From NCBI GenBank assembly GCA_965223015.1, contig CBDCVL010000004.1, positions 310,687-374,686 of the forward strand: a DNA stretch of 64,000 nt, in the 5' to 3' direction. Below are positions 30,194 to 39,021 of this stretch, one piece after another. This DNA comes from Vicinamibacterales bacterium. GTDB taxonomy: Bacteria > Acidobacteriota > Vicinamibacteria > Vicinamibacterales > UBA8438. Positions within the stretch are counted from its first letter, which is position 1, and every line of letters begins with the position of its first letter. Made by a program: the position numbers and the translations under genes. The notes under the pieces are model-generated. The model ran no database searches and was not told the DNA's origin. It was given only the letters and a program-made list of their open reading frames with translations.

Positions 30194-31414
30194 CTAGATC
30201 ATCGCGTCGTCCCAGAACGGCTCGCCTCTCGCAAACCGTGTCATGTCGAACGGCGAGATGTCGATCGATGTCGAGCGACCGGTCAATATCAGCTCCGACA
30301 TTGCGTGGCCCACGCCGGGAGCCATCATGACGCCATGGCCGCTGAACCCGGCGGCCACGAAAAAGCCCCTCAGCGTCGGGTCCTCTCCTATCAGGGGATT
30401 ATGGTCGGCGGTCATCTCGTAGAGTCCGGCCCAGCCTTCGAGCAGCTCCATCCCATCGAGGGCGGGAACGCGCCTGACCACGGGGTCGTGGAAATCGGGA
30501 CCCCAACGCGCCATGTCGCAGGAGAAACTCTCGCCCGGAACTTCGTCGGGGTTGGTACGGGCGATCACGAGTCGGTCGTCGTCACCGGGCTCCTCTGGGT
30601 CCTCGTGTCGCCAGTGGACGCCGTTGGGGTCGACGACGACGGGAAACCGGTATGGCCAGACGCGGGGCAGTCTGCACCGAAAGAGCTGTTGGCGGACCGG
30701 CTGAATTGGAATGTCGATGCCGACGAGCTGACCGATCGTGGCCGAGTAGGCACCGGTGGCGGCGACGATCGTGTCCGTGCTGATTCGCGTACCCGACTTC
30801 AGGACAACGGCGCGTAGCCCTTCACCCGACCGGTCGACTCCGGTGACGGTGTCCGCTATGTAGCGGGCGCCGGCGTCGGTCGCAGCGTGCCGAAAGGTCG
30901 ACAAGATCGCGCGTGGACTTGCGTATCCGTCCTGCGAACCGAACACCCCGAACTGGATATCGTCGAGCACGACGTCGGGCACGAGCCGGCGGATCTGGTC
31001 AACCTCCAGACGCGCAACGTAGGCACCGAGGTCCTGTTGCCGTTTCAGACGCCTCTCGAAGCGTTCCGCGTGCTCATCGTTGACGAGAAACAGATATCCA
31101 CGCTGTCGGAAATTGGCCCGGTCGGAGCCGAGTCGACCGAACATGGCGTCAAACTGACGGTAGAACCGAACGCTGTGCTGAGCCAGTTGGATGTTAGCCG
31201 TCGAGCTGAACTGCTGCCGGATGCCACCCATGGCAAGACGTGAGGATGCCCGCGCGTACGTGGGGTCACGCTCGATGACAATCACGTCGCTTGTCGCGTC
31301 GCGCTGCCGCAGGTGATAGGCGATGCTCGATCCGATGACACCGCCACCGATGATGACCACTCGGCGGCTCGGCACTAGTGTCCCGAGTATGCAATACCTA
31401 GAGGTGGACCCCAT
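30194..31414 (-). CDS. FAD-dependent oxidoreductase (DAO / sarcosine-oxidase-beta-like)
   Basis: VVIIGGGVIGSSIAYHL is the Rossmann motif. The first 5 codons of the track ORF (from the ATG at 31414) lie inside the IS3 terminal repeat. The native start may be the in-frame GTG at 31375. Confidence 0.8.
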   Translation of the reverse strand: MGSTSRYCILGTLVPSRRVVIIGGGVIGSSIAYHLRQRDATSDVIVIERDPTYARASSRLAMGGIRQQFSSTANIQLAQHSVRFYRQFDAMFGRLGSDRANFRQRGYLFLVNDEHAERFERRLKRQQDLGAYVARLEVDQIRRLVPDVVLDDIQFGVFGSQDGYASPRAILSTFRHAATDAGARYIADTVTGVDRSGEGLRAVVLKSGTRISTDTIVAATGAYSATIGQLVGIDIPIQPVRQQLFRCRLPRVWPYRFPVVVDPNGVHWRHEDPEEPGDDDRLVIARTNPDEVPGESFSCDMARWGPDFHDPVVRRVPALDGMELLEGWAGLYEMTADHNPLIGEDPTLRGFFVAAGFSGHGVMMAPGVGHAMSELILTGRSTSIDISPFDMTRFARGEPFWDDAMI

Positions 31415-31463
31415 CCTTTGGACAGGTTTGCGTCACAGCTAAGGTGGAATCCGGGTTCATGAT

Positions 31464-32351
31464 TCACGCGACCTTGGGCTGACGGGAGACGGGGCGTAGC
31501 CCCGGGCTCCGAGCAACCCCTCCGTTAGTGTACGCCTCCTGCGGCGTCCGGTCGTCGAGCGCAGCGTGCGGTCGGCGCTCGTTGTAGAAGTCCATCCACG
31601 AGCTGATCCCACTCCGGGCCTCGGAGCCGGTGGCAAACTCGGACAGGTAGACGCATTCGTACTTGAGTGAGCGCCATAGCCGCTCGATGAACACGTTGTC
31701 CATCCAGCGGCCCTTGCCGTCCATCGAGATGCGAATGCCCGCCTCCGTGAGCACGTCGGTAAAGTCGACGCTCGTGAATTGGCTGCCCTGGTCGCTGTTG
31801 AAGATCTCCGGAGGGCCATAGCGCTCGAGCGCCGCGTGCAAGGCCTCGACGCAGAAGCGCGCATCGAGCGTGTTGGACAGCCGCCAGGACAGCACCGTGC
31901 GGCTCGCCCAGTCCATCACGGCGACCAGATACAGAAAGCCCCGCTGCAGGGGAATGTCGGTGACATCCGTGCACCACACGTGGTTCGGCCGTGTGATCGG
32001 CAAATCGCGCAGCAGGGAGGGATAAATCCGGTGCGCCGGGTGCGGCTGAGACGTCCGGGGCCGCTGGAAGAGCGCGTGCACCCCCAGCCGCCGCATCAGG
32101 CGGCGCACCCGCTTGCGAGAGACCGTGTCGCCCTGCCGGCGGAGCCAGCGTGTCATCTGACGCGAACCGAAAAACGGCGTCTCCAAAAACTGCTCGTCGA
32201 TCAACCGCATCAGGCGCAGGGTCAACGGGGTCTCGCCCGTGCCCTCGTCGGAGAACGACGAGCGGGCGATCGACACCAAGCGGCACTGCCGTACGATGCT
32301 GAGCCGTGGGTGGTTGGGATCGACCATCTCGACTCTCCGGCCGCGGCTCAA
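31464..32351 (-). CDS. IS3-family transposase OrfB (rve integrase core, DDE)
   Basis: 295 aa. WCTDVTDIPL..GFLYLVAVMDWASR, NSDQGSQFTS, and WRSLKYECVY...Y.ERRPH, typical of the family. Confidence 0.85.
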   Translation of the reverse strand: MSRGRRVEMVDPNHPRLSIVRQCRLVSIARSSFSDEGTGETPLTLRLMRLIDEQFLETPFFGSRQMTRWLRRQGDTVSRKRVRRLMRRLGVHALFQRPRTSQPHPAHRIYPSLLRDLPITRPNHVWCTDVTDIPLQRGFLYLVAVMDWASRTVLSWRLSNTLDARFCVEALHAALERYGPPEIFNSDQGSQFTSVDFTDVLTEAGIRISMDGKGRWMDNVFIERLWRSLKYECVYLSEFATGSEARSGISSWMDFYNERRPHAALDDRTPQEAYTNGGVARSPGLRPVSRQPKVA

Positions 32352-32632
32352 CGACCGAAGGCCTTCGACAAAAAATCCCGCTCGATGACGAGTTCTCCGA
32401 TCTTGGCCCGCAGCTCCCTGACCTCGGTCTCCCGAGCGGCCTCCTGCCGCTCGTGGTTCTCCGAGAAGCCGACCAGCACCGTCTGTCGAGCCTTCTTCTT
32501 CCAGTGGGCAATCAGGTTCGGATGCACATCGTAGCGGGCCGCCAGTTCCGCCATCGTCGCTTCCTCGCGAAGCGCCTCCAACGCGACCTTCGTCTTCAGC
32601 TCAGCCGGATAACTCCGTCTCTTCCGTGGCAT
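32348..32632 (-). CDS. IS3-family transposase OrfA (HTH)
   Basis: 94 aa. YPAELKTKVALEAL....MAELAARYDVHPNLIAHWKKK. Confidence 0.85.
   Translation of the reverse strand: MPRKRRSYPAELKTKVALEALREEATMAELAARYDVHPNLIAHWKKKARQTVLVGFSENHERQEAARETEVRELRAKIGELVIERDFLSKAFGR
32369..32375 (-). promoter_or_regulatory. putative -1 programmed frameshift heptamer T_TTT_TTG joining OrfA to OrfB
   Basis: In the orfA zero frame the sequence reads GAT TTT TTG (..ERDFL..). The -1 frame continues openly into OrfB (FFVEGLRSLSRGRRVEMVD..). Confidence 0.45.
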
Positions 32633-32807
32633 GCCAGACTCCTTCTCCTTGGTCTGGATCCCACCTTAACAACCTGTCCGAATTTCGGGGTCCACCTCTC
32701 TATCATTGAGCCATAATCAGCCGTCTTGATATCATCCTCACGATGTCCCCCCCATTTTGAGTAGCACTTCGGTTTAGAGTCCGATCATCCGGAAAGGGAG
32801 ATCGGGC

Positions 32808-33026
32808 GTGAAGAAGCGATGTACGGAAGCGCAGATCATCGGGTTTCTGCGGGAGACCGAGGCAGGCCTCCCGGTGAAGGACCTGTGCCGCCGGCACGGG
32901 TTCTCGGAGGCCAGTGACTACCTCTGGCGGAGCAAGTTCGGCGGGCTGAGCGTCTCGGACGCGAAGCGCCTGAAAGAGCTTGAAACCGAAAACGGCCGGC
33001 TCAAAAAGCTCTTAGCGGAATCGTAG
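32808..33026 (+). pseudogene. IS3/IS407-like OrfA interrupted by an in-frame TAG
   Basis: ..LKELETENGRLKKLLAES-TAG-LEIEVTREVLRKK. The reading frame continues in a family-typical way after the stop, up to the A7 run at 33059-33065. Confidence 0.65.
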
Positions 33027-33091
33027 CTCGAGATCGAGGTGACCCGCGAGGTGCTGCGAAAAAAATAGTTACCTCACCGGTTCGACGAGAA

Positions 33092-33874
33092 GTGGTGCGG
33101 GAGATGGTCGCGCGGGGCCTCAGTGAGCGCAGGGCCCTGGCCGTGGGGCGGATGAGCGCGTCGGCCTTCCGGTACGTGCCAAGGCCCGATGGTAATACGG
33201 TCGTCCGGGATCGGATCGTTGACCTGGCGCAGCGACATCGACGCTATGGGGCCGGGATGATCTATCTGAAGCTGCGGCAGGCCGGCCACGTCATCAATCA
33301 CAAACGGGTCGATCGCCTGTACACGGAGGCCCGGCTCCAGTTGAAGCGCCGTCGACGCAAGAAGATCCCGATAGCCGACCGCCAGCCCCTGGTGCGCCCC
33401 GAGCGTCGCAACCAGGTCTGGTCCGCGGACTTCGTCTTCGATCGCACGGCGGATGGGCGGGTTATGAAGTGCCTGACCATTGTCGACGACGCCACCCATG
33501 AGGCTGTGGCGATTGTCCCGGCGCGGGCCTTCGGGGGACTGCCGGTCACCCGCGTCCTGGACCGCCTGGCGATCACCCGCAGACTTCCGCAGATTCTCCG
33601 CACGGACAACGGGAAGGAGTTCTGCGGGCGCGCGATGCTCACATGGGCGCACACGCAGGGGCTGACCCTGCGTCTCATTGAACCCGGCAAACCGAACCAG
33701 AACGCCTACATCGAGTCCTTCAACGGGCGCTTCCGCGACGAATACCTGAACGAACACTGGTTTACGACCCTGGCCCACGCCCAGGCCCTGATCGAAGCGT
33801 GGCGCTGTGAATACAACGAGGAGCGACCGAAGAAGGGTTTGGGCGGGCTGACGCCCGCCCTCTACGCGAAGTAA
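33092..33874 (+). CDS. IS3/IS407-like transposase OrfB (rve integrase core)
   Basis: 260 aa. WSADFVFDRTADGR..KCLTIVDDATHE, LRTDNGKEF, IEPGKPNQNAYIESFNGRFRDEYLN. Confidence 0.85.
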   Translation: MVREMVARGLSERRALAVGRMSASAFRYVPRPDGNTVVRDRIVDLAQRHRRYGAGMIYLKLRQAGHVINHKRVDRLYTEARLQLKRRRRKKIPIADRQPLVRPERRNQVWSADFVFDRTADGRVMKCLTIVDDATHEAVAIVPARAFGGLPVTRVLDRLAITRRLPQILRTDNGKEFCGRAMLTWAHTQGLTLRLIEPGKPNQNAYIESFNGRFRDEYLNEHWFTTLAHAQALIEAWRCEYNEERPKKGLGGLTPALYAK

Positions 33875-34567
33875 CTGGCCGCGGAAAGCAGTACAGTCAC
33901 CTCCGGACTCTAAAGCCGACCGCTACTCAAGGCGGGGGGACGTCGGTGATGAAACCCTTGGGGCCATTATTCCAGGGCCACGACAATACTGCAGAGGGTC
34001 ATTAGAAACGCCACCGGCGCCCAGAGCATGCGCTCCCGCCTACTGGGCGCATGAACGGGGGAGATGCGCACCGAAATCCGATCCTGAACAAACGGTGCCC
34101 CAAATGGGCGATCCACCCCTATGAAACCGGGCTCGGTACCGATGCTAAGAAATCGCGACGTCTGGTCCGCGAACGGGCCGGACCTCGGTCGCGGGTCTTC
34201 TGGACCGCTTGATGCTCAGGATTGGATTCTCAGGGACAGATGCGCCAGAACCCTAGTTACCATAATCGAGCATTATCGGACCTTCCCGGATCGCGATCGG
34301 TAGATTCTCGGAGGAAGTCGTGCACCTTCGCCTCGCGAGATCATTACTTAGAGGGATTCGCGTCAGCGTAAGTGGTTTCTCGGCAGGGCGAAAGTCGCCG
34401 ACGGTGATCACTCTGGAGTTGGATCGATCGTGTCCGATCGACTTCGAGTGCCGGCTTTTTGTCCCCAAGTGTCAAGGGCGGAGCAAAATTAGACCACCGT
34501 GGCGGAGGAAAACTAGACCATTAGGCAGTTGGGTGGAGTGGCGGAACGCGGCAGTGCGGAGGGGACG

Positions 34568-35341
34568 TCAGGACGCCGGGGTGGTCGCGGGCTGGCGGGC
34601 TTTCTTGCTGTGTTCGAGGCGATAGCTCTCGCCGTTCAGCTCCAGGATGTGGACGTGGTGGGTCAGTCGATCGAGCAGCGCGCCGGTCAGCCGTTCGGAC
34701 CCGAAGATCTCGGTCCATTCGTTGAAGGGCAGATTCGAGGTCACGAGCGTCGACGCTTGCTCGTAGCGCTGGGAGAAGATCTCGAAGAGCAGCTCGGCGC
34801 CGGTCTTCGACAACGGCACATAGCCGAGCTCGTCGACGATCAACAGATCCTGCTTGGCGAGCTGCTTCTGAAAACGCAGCAGGCGCTTGTCATCCCGCGC
34901 CTCGAGCAGCTCGTTCACCAGTGCGGCGGCGGTGGTGAAGCGCACCCGATAGCCTTTCTGACAGGCGGCCAGCCCCAACGCGAGCGCGAGATGCGTCTTG
35001 CCCGTGCCGGAGTTGCCCAACGCCAACACGTTCTCTCGCCGGGCGAGATACTCCGAGCGGGCCAGCTCCAGCACCAGGCGTTTGTTCACCGACGGGATCG
35101 CGCGGAACTCGAAGGTCTCGAGACTCTTCAAGACCGGGAACCTGGCGGCCTTGATCCGCCGCTCGACGGCGCGTTGTTCGCGATCGAGCAACTCCAGCTC
35201 GCAGAGGCGGAACAGGTAGCGCGAACAGTCCAGCCCTTCCTGGGCGCATTGCCGCGCCACGTTGTCGTATTCGCGCAAGAAGGTGGGCAGGCGCAGGGCC
35301 TTGAGATGGGCGTCCAGCAACAGGGTCGGTTTGGCCATCAC
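34568..35341 (-). CDS. istB: IS21-family helper ATPase IstB
   Basis: 257 aa. LGNSGTGKTHLALALG (Walker A), LLIVDELGY (Walker B), LLDRLTHH. Confidence 0.9.
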   Translation of the reverse strand: MMAKPTLLLDAHLKALRLPTFLREYDNVARQCAQEGLDCSRYLFRLCELELLDREQRAVERRIKAARFPVLKSLETFEFRAIPSVNKRLVLELARSEYLARRENVLALGNSGTGKTHLALALGLAACQKGYRVRFTTAAALVNELLEARDDKRLLRFQKQLAKQDLLIVDELGYVPLSKTGAELLFEIFSQRYEQASTLVTSNLPFNEWTEIFGSERLTGALLDRLTHHVHILELNGESYRLEHSKKARQPATTPAS

Positions 35342-36410
35342 TCAGCTCCCGCCCCCAGCAGCGTCAGGTAATCGGCTGCGGCGGTCGTCGTCACGCGGGG
35401 GACCGGCAGGTGCGGATACTGCGCCAGATCGAGGTGGGGCGGCCGGTGGTCGAGGCGACACCGCACGAGGTGCTTGACGGCATCGAACCCGATCGCCCCC
35501 AGACGCACGGCGTCCCGGATGGCGCCGCGGACGTGGTCGAGCTGAAAGTCTTCGAGCCGCCGCAACACCTGCACGTACTCGCGCGTGCCCGGCTTGCCCA
35601 GCCGCGCCTCCAACAGGCGCCGCAGCCGGAGAAACTCGTCCGGCAGCTGCCACCCGGCCAGCGGCGCCGCGTGATCGAGCGCCCCCGTCTTGCGCTCCAC
35701 CAAGGCCAAGTCGTGCCGCGGCTCGAAGATCAACACTTCCCGCTCGTAGCTGCGACGATGGCGGGCGATCTCGTCACTGCCGCACACGATCACGACGTCG
35801 TCCACGGAGCCTTTCACTAGCACCTCCCGGTGGCCGTAGGCGGTCGGCACCGAGTAGTCGTTGCGGCGGTCGCGCACCAGCGACAACGACGTGACCCGCG
35901 TCGTCCGCGTGTCGCAGGCGTCATACGGGACCGGCGGTAACGGCAACAGCGCCTCGCGGTCGCGGGCGAAGCGCTCCCCGATCGTCTCCGTGTGCCGCCG
36001 TAACCGGCGCCCGCGACGTTCGCCGCACTTGTGCGCGAAGTCGGCGTTCAACGCGTCCCAACTGGCGAACCGGGGGATCGGCACGAAGAAGTTGCGGCGG
36101 ACGTACCCGACCAGCCCTTCCACCTTGCCGTTGTCGTTGCCCTTCCCCGGCCGCCCGAAGCGATCGGCGAATAAATAGTGCGATTGGCGTTCGCAGAAGA
36201 CCTGCGTCCGCTGGCGCGTGCCGTCCCCGAGCATCCGCGCCACCGCCAGCGTCGTGTTGTCGTAGACGATGCGCCGCGGCACGCCACCGAAGTAGCCGAA
36301 CGCGGCGGTGTGCCCGTCGCAGAACGCCTCCGACGTCTCGGCCGGAAACGCCTGCACAAACCCGTCGTCGCTGTGCGGGAGATCGACGACCTGGGCCTGA
36401 CCCGCTTCCG
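35338..36410 (-). pseudogene. istA: IS21-family transposase IstA, N-terminally truncated
   Basis: It starts within the catalytic region (..AGQAQVVDLPHSDDGFVQAFPAETSEAFCDGHTAAFGYFGGVPRRIVYDN). The HTH and the first DDE residues are missing. The apparent GTG start lies inside the IS3 end. Confidence 0.85.
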
Positions 36411-36445
36411 TGGACACCTAACCCTTGTGGTAGAAGGAGTCCACG

Positions 36446-36760
36446 ATGCCGAACACCAGGAAACCCTACCCGCCGGAGTTTCGCGAACAGATGGTCGCGT
36501 TGGTCCGGGCCGGGCGTACTCCCGAAGATCTCGCTCACGAGTTTGAACCGACCGCCCAGTCGATCAGCAACTGGGTGGCTCAAGCCGATCGCGATACCGG
36601 TCGGCGGACCGACGGCCTCACGACGACCGAGCGTGCCGAGCTGACGCAGCTCCGCCGCGAGAATCGCCAGCTGAAGCTCGAGCGAGAGATCTTGTCAAAA
36701 GCCGCGGCCTGGTTCGCACAGGAGACCGCGCCGAACACGAAGCGATCTTCGGGTTCATGA
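36446..36760 (+). CDS. IS3-family transposase OrfA
   Basis: 104 aa. YPPEFREQMVALVRAGRTPEDLAHEFEPTAQSISNWV, followed by a leucine-zipper-like ELTQLRRENRQLKLEREIL. Confidence 0.85.
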   Translation: MPNTRKPYPPEFREQMVALVRAGRTPEDLAHEFEPTAQSISNWVAQADRDTGRRTDGLTTTERAELTQLRRENRQLKLEREILSKAAAWFAQETAPNTKRSSGS

Positions 36761-37611
36761 AAGCGAATCAGGCCACCTATCCGGTCCGGGTCATGGGCCG
36801 GCTGCTGGGCGTCTCCGCCAGCGGCTTCTACGCGTGGGCTGGGCGGCCGCCGTCGGCACGGGCCGTGGAGGACATCGGGCTCACGGCCCTGATCCATGCG
36901 ATCCACCGGCGGTCGGACGGCGCGTACGGGGCGCCGAGTATCCACGCGGAGCTGGCCGACGATCACCACCGTCGGGTCGGGAAGAAACGTGTGGCCCGCC
37001 TGATGCGCGCAGCGCGCCTGCAGGGCCTGCGGCCGCGGCGCTTCGTGACCACGACGATCGGCGATCCCACCGCTGACCGGGCGCTGGATCAAGTGGATCG
37101 GGAGTTCACTGCAGCGGGCCCGGATCGTCTCTGGGTGGCCGACATCACGTACGTCCCGACGTGGGCCGGCTTCCTCTATCTCGCCATCGTGCTCGACGTC
37201 TGGTCGCGACGCATCGTTGGCTGGGCCATGGAGACGCATCTCCGGACTGAACTCGTGCTCGCCGCACTCGACATGGCGTTGACGCAACGCCGGCCCGAGG
37301 CGGTCGTGCATCACTCGGATCGCGGGTGCCAGTACACCAGCTACGCCTTCGGCAAACGATGCCGCGACGCCGGCGTGATGCCCTCCATGGGCTCCATCGG
37401 CGATGCGTATGACAATGCCATGGCCGAGAGCTTTTTCGCCACGCTCGAGCGCGAAGTGCTCAACCGGCGACGGTTCCGCAGCCAGGCCGAAGCGCGGATG
37501 GCGATCTTCCAGTGGCTGGAGGGCTGGTACAATCCGCACCGTCGCCACTCGGCCCTCGGCTATCGTTCACCCATCAACTACGAGAGGAGACAGCTGCCGC
37601 AGAGTGCTTGA
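36757..37611 (+). CDS. IS3-family transposase OrfB (rve integrase core)
   Basis: 284 aa. WVADITYVPTWAGFLYLAIVLDVWSRRIVGW, HSDRGCQYTS, NAMAESFFATLEREV, YNPHRRHSALGY. Confidence 0.88.
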   Translation: MKANQATYPVRVMGRLLGVSASGFYAWAGRPPSARAVEDIGLTALIHAIHRRSDGAYGAPSIHAELADDHHRRVGKKRVARLMRAARLQGLRPRRFVTTTIGDPTADRALDQVDREFTAAGPDRLWVADITYVPTWAGFLYLAIVLDVWSRRIVGWAMETHLRTELVLAALDMALTQRRPEAVVHHSDRGCQYTSYAFGKRCRDAGVMPSMGSIGDAYDNAMAESFFATLEREVLNRRRFRSQAEARMAIFQWLEGWYNPHRRHSALGYRSPINYERRQLPQSA

Positions 37612-37652
37612 AACCCAAGTCCGTACCCGTCCACGAAACCGGGGCAAGTCCA

Positions 37653-37776
37653 CTAGCTCAAATCGAAGCGTCCTGATCTGACTTTCGTCGGTCCCGATTT
37701 CCGAGACCTTCGACACGCCGTTGTTAAGCAGCTCAAGGGTTGTGGGATCGCGGAAATAGAGTTCGCGGTTCGTCAT
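37653..37776 (-). pseudogene. brxC: first 41 codons of a brxC/pglY-like BREX ATPase gene, truncated by IS3 copy 3
   Basis: The ATG overlaps the brxB stop (ATGA). MTNRELYFRDPTTLELLNNGVSKVSEIGTDESQIRTLRFEL resembles the BrxC N-terminus (..R.I.GVVK..Q.D.....EL.EYV). The reading frame then enters IS sequence. Confidence 0.5.
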
Positions 37777-38330
37777 GGGTTGATGAAGCTCTCGGTGGAG
37801 GTGATGGGAACGGCCATGTAGTTGAACCCGTCGCGCGCGTCCATGAAGCGATACACGTTGCCCGCATATTCACCCGGGAAAAGAACGAGAAGGCGACCGC
37901 GAATGCTGTCTTCAACGCGGTCGATCAAGCTGGACACTCGCATGAAGTCGAACAGCGAAGCCAGACCGGTGACGGTCACGACACTGGTGGCATTGGCCTC
38001 CTCACGGGAGCACGCCTGACGCACGCGTTCAGCCGCAAGGTCTTCGAGTTCGCTATTGGCGCTGAAATGCTCCGGTTCAGAAAAGATGGCCTCGCGGTAT
38101 TCGTGGGCCGTAATCCATTCCGGGAGGAGCCGCGTGAGATCAACGCTGGCCCATCCGTGGTGTGCCTCTAGCGTGATCGCTTCAAACTGCGGGAGGCGCG
38201 CCCTCACTCGCCGTTCTTCAGCCGGCGGATACACCGCGAACCAGATCCGCTGCTTGCCAGACATATTGGTAGACCAGGGAAGGCGCACTTGGCGGGAGTA
38301 GTTAGCAAGAAGACGGTCAATGGCGCTCAT
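37773..38330 (-). CDS. brxB: BREX protein BrxB (DUF1788)
   Basis: 185 aa. LPW......QRIWFAVY.P.EERRVRARL..FE, and a C-terminal IRGRLLVLFPGEYAGNVYRFMDARDGFNYMAVPIT that matches the BrxB signature as I remember it. Confidence 0.85.
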   Translation of the reverse strand: MSAIDRLLANYSRQVRLPWSTNMSGKQRIWFAVYPPAEERRVRARLPQFEAITLEAHHGWASVDLTRLLPEWITAHEYREAIFSEPEHFSANSELEDLAAERVRQACSREEANATSVVTVTGLASLFDFMRVSSLIDRVEDSIRGRLLVLFPGEYAGNVYRFMDARDGFNYMAVPITSTESFINP

Positions 38331-38769
38331 GGTAGGGGCTCCTGCAGTCCGGTGAAGAGCGGAAAACTCAATTCAACAACCTCGCCGATAGCGCGCAGAT
38401 TGAGCAGCCCGGCTCGATGGGCGTCGAAGCCCATGGTCTTGGCGCGCTCGAGGTTCAGATCGAGGAGACGGCACCAGGGATTGGAAAAGACCGCGGCGCC
38501 GTGATAACCGGCGATGTTCCCCAGGAAGAACGCCATGGTGGCTGCCACGGCTGTAGACTTGATCCGCTGACGGGTCTTTCTCGCACGACCGGCGAGGTGC
38601 CCGGTCTGGGTCCACGAGGACGCCGCATTGCGCGCGATCTTGTTGCGGCTGAGTTCCGAATACTGATTCCCAAACGCGACTTCCAGCGCCTGAGCCAAAT
38701 CGGGTGTCTCAACCCGGTCGCCCTCAGCTAGATCCATGATGGCCGGGGTCGTGGCTCGCAGGAGAGGAT
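38327..38769 (-). pseudogene. brxA: BREX protein BrxA (DUF1819), C-terminal part, separated from its N-terminal part by IS3 copy 2
   Basis: The native sequence resumes at ..PLLRATTPAIMDLAEGDRVETPDLAQALE... Its stop overlaps the brxB start. Confidence 0.65.
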
Positions 38770-39021
38770 GGAGGTGGACCCCATTCCTCGGACCAAGAAC
38801 GGGCGTTGCTAAGGTGGAGCCTGCTGGGTCTGTTCTCGTCGTAGTCGTGTCCTGCAACCAGGGTTGCAGGCCTGGGCCTGCAACCCGTAACTGCCTTACG
38901 CCGGTGCGCGGAGACGGGGGCCAGGTCGCCGCAGGCGCCCCGCGCAGCGGGGTCGGAGCGGAGCGGAGAACCTGGAGGCGGTCGAGCACACCGGCACCCG
39001 ACGCCCGGTCGGCTAGAACGC

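Larger units (their letters stand above)
31400..32699 (-). mobile_element. IS3-family insertion sequence, copy 1 (~1.3 kb)
   Basis: Imperfect terminal inverted repeats AGAGGTGGACCCC (31400-31412) / GGGGTCCACCTCT (32687-32699), with a further shared inner block. It carries orfA and orfB in the -1 frame. Confidence 0.8.
32744..33942 (+). mobile_element. IS3-family (IS407-group-like) insertion sequence, ~1.2 kb, probably inactivated
   Basis: Inverted repeats TGTCCCCCCCATTTTGAGTAGC.. (from 32744) and ..CTACTCAAGGCGGGGGGACG (to ~33942). orfA and orfB are in the -1 frame. Confidence 0.75.
34470..36410 (-). mobile_element. IS21-family element, 5'-truncated remnant
   Basis: An intact istB plus istA lacking about its first third. 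The outer end is TGTCAAGGG.. at 34470, followed by short direct repeats (ATTAGACCA / ACTAGACCA) typical of IS21 ends. The other side is cut by the IS3 copy at 36411. Confidence 0.75.
36411..37652 (+). mobile_element. IS3-family insertion sequence, copy 3 (~1.24 kb)
   Basis: TGGAC... at 36411 and ...GTCCA at 37652. It carries orfA/orfB with an ATGA overlap. Flanking sequences are unrelated: istA on the left, brxC on the right. Confidence 0.7.

Noticed and set aside
31525-32511. 328-aa minus-strand ORF inside IS3 copy 1
   Set aside because: It is an alternative frame overlapping both orfA and orfB, with Arg/Pro/Ala-rich composition. The OrfA/OrfB frames carry the family motifs.
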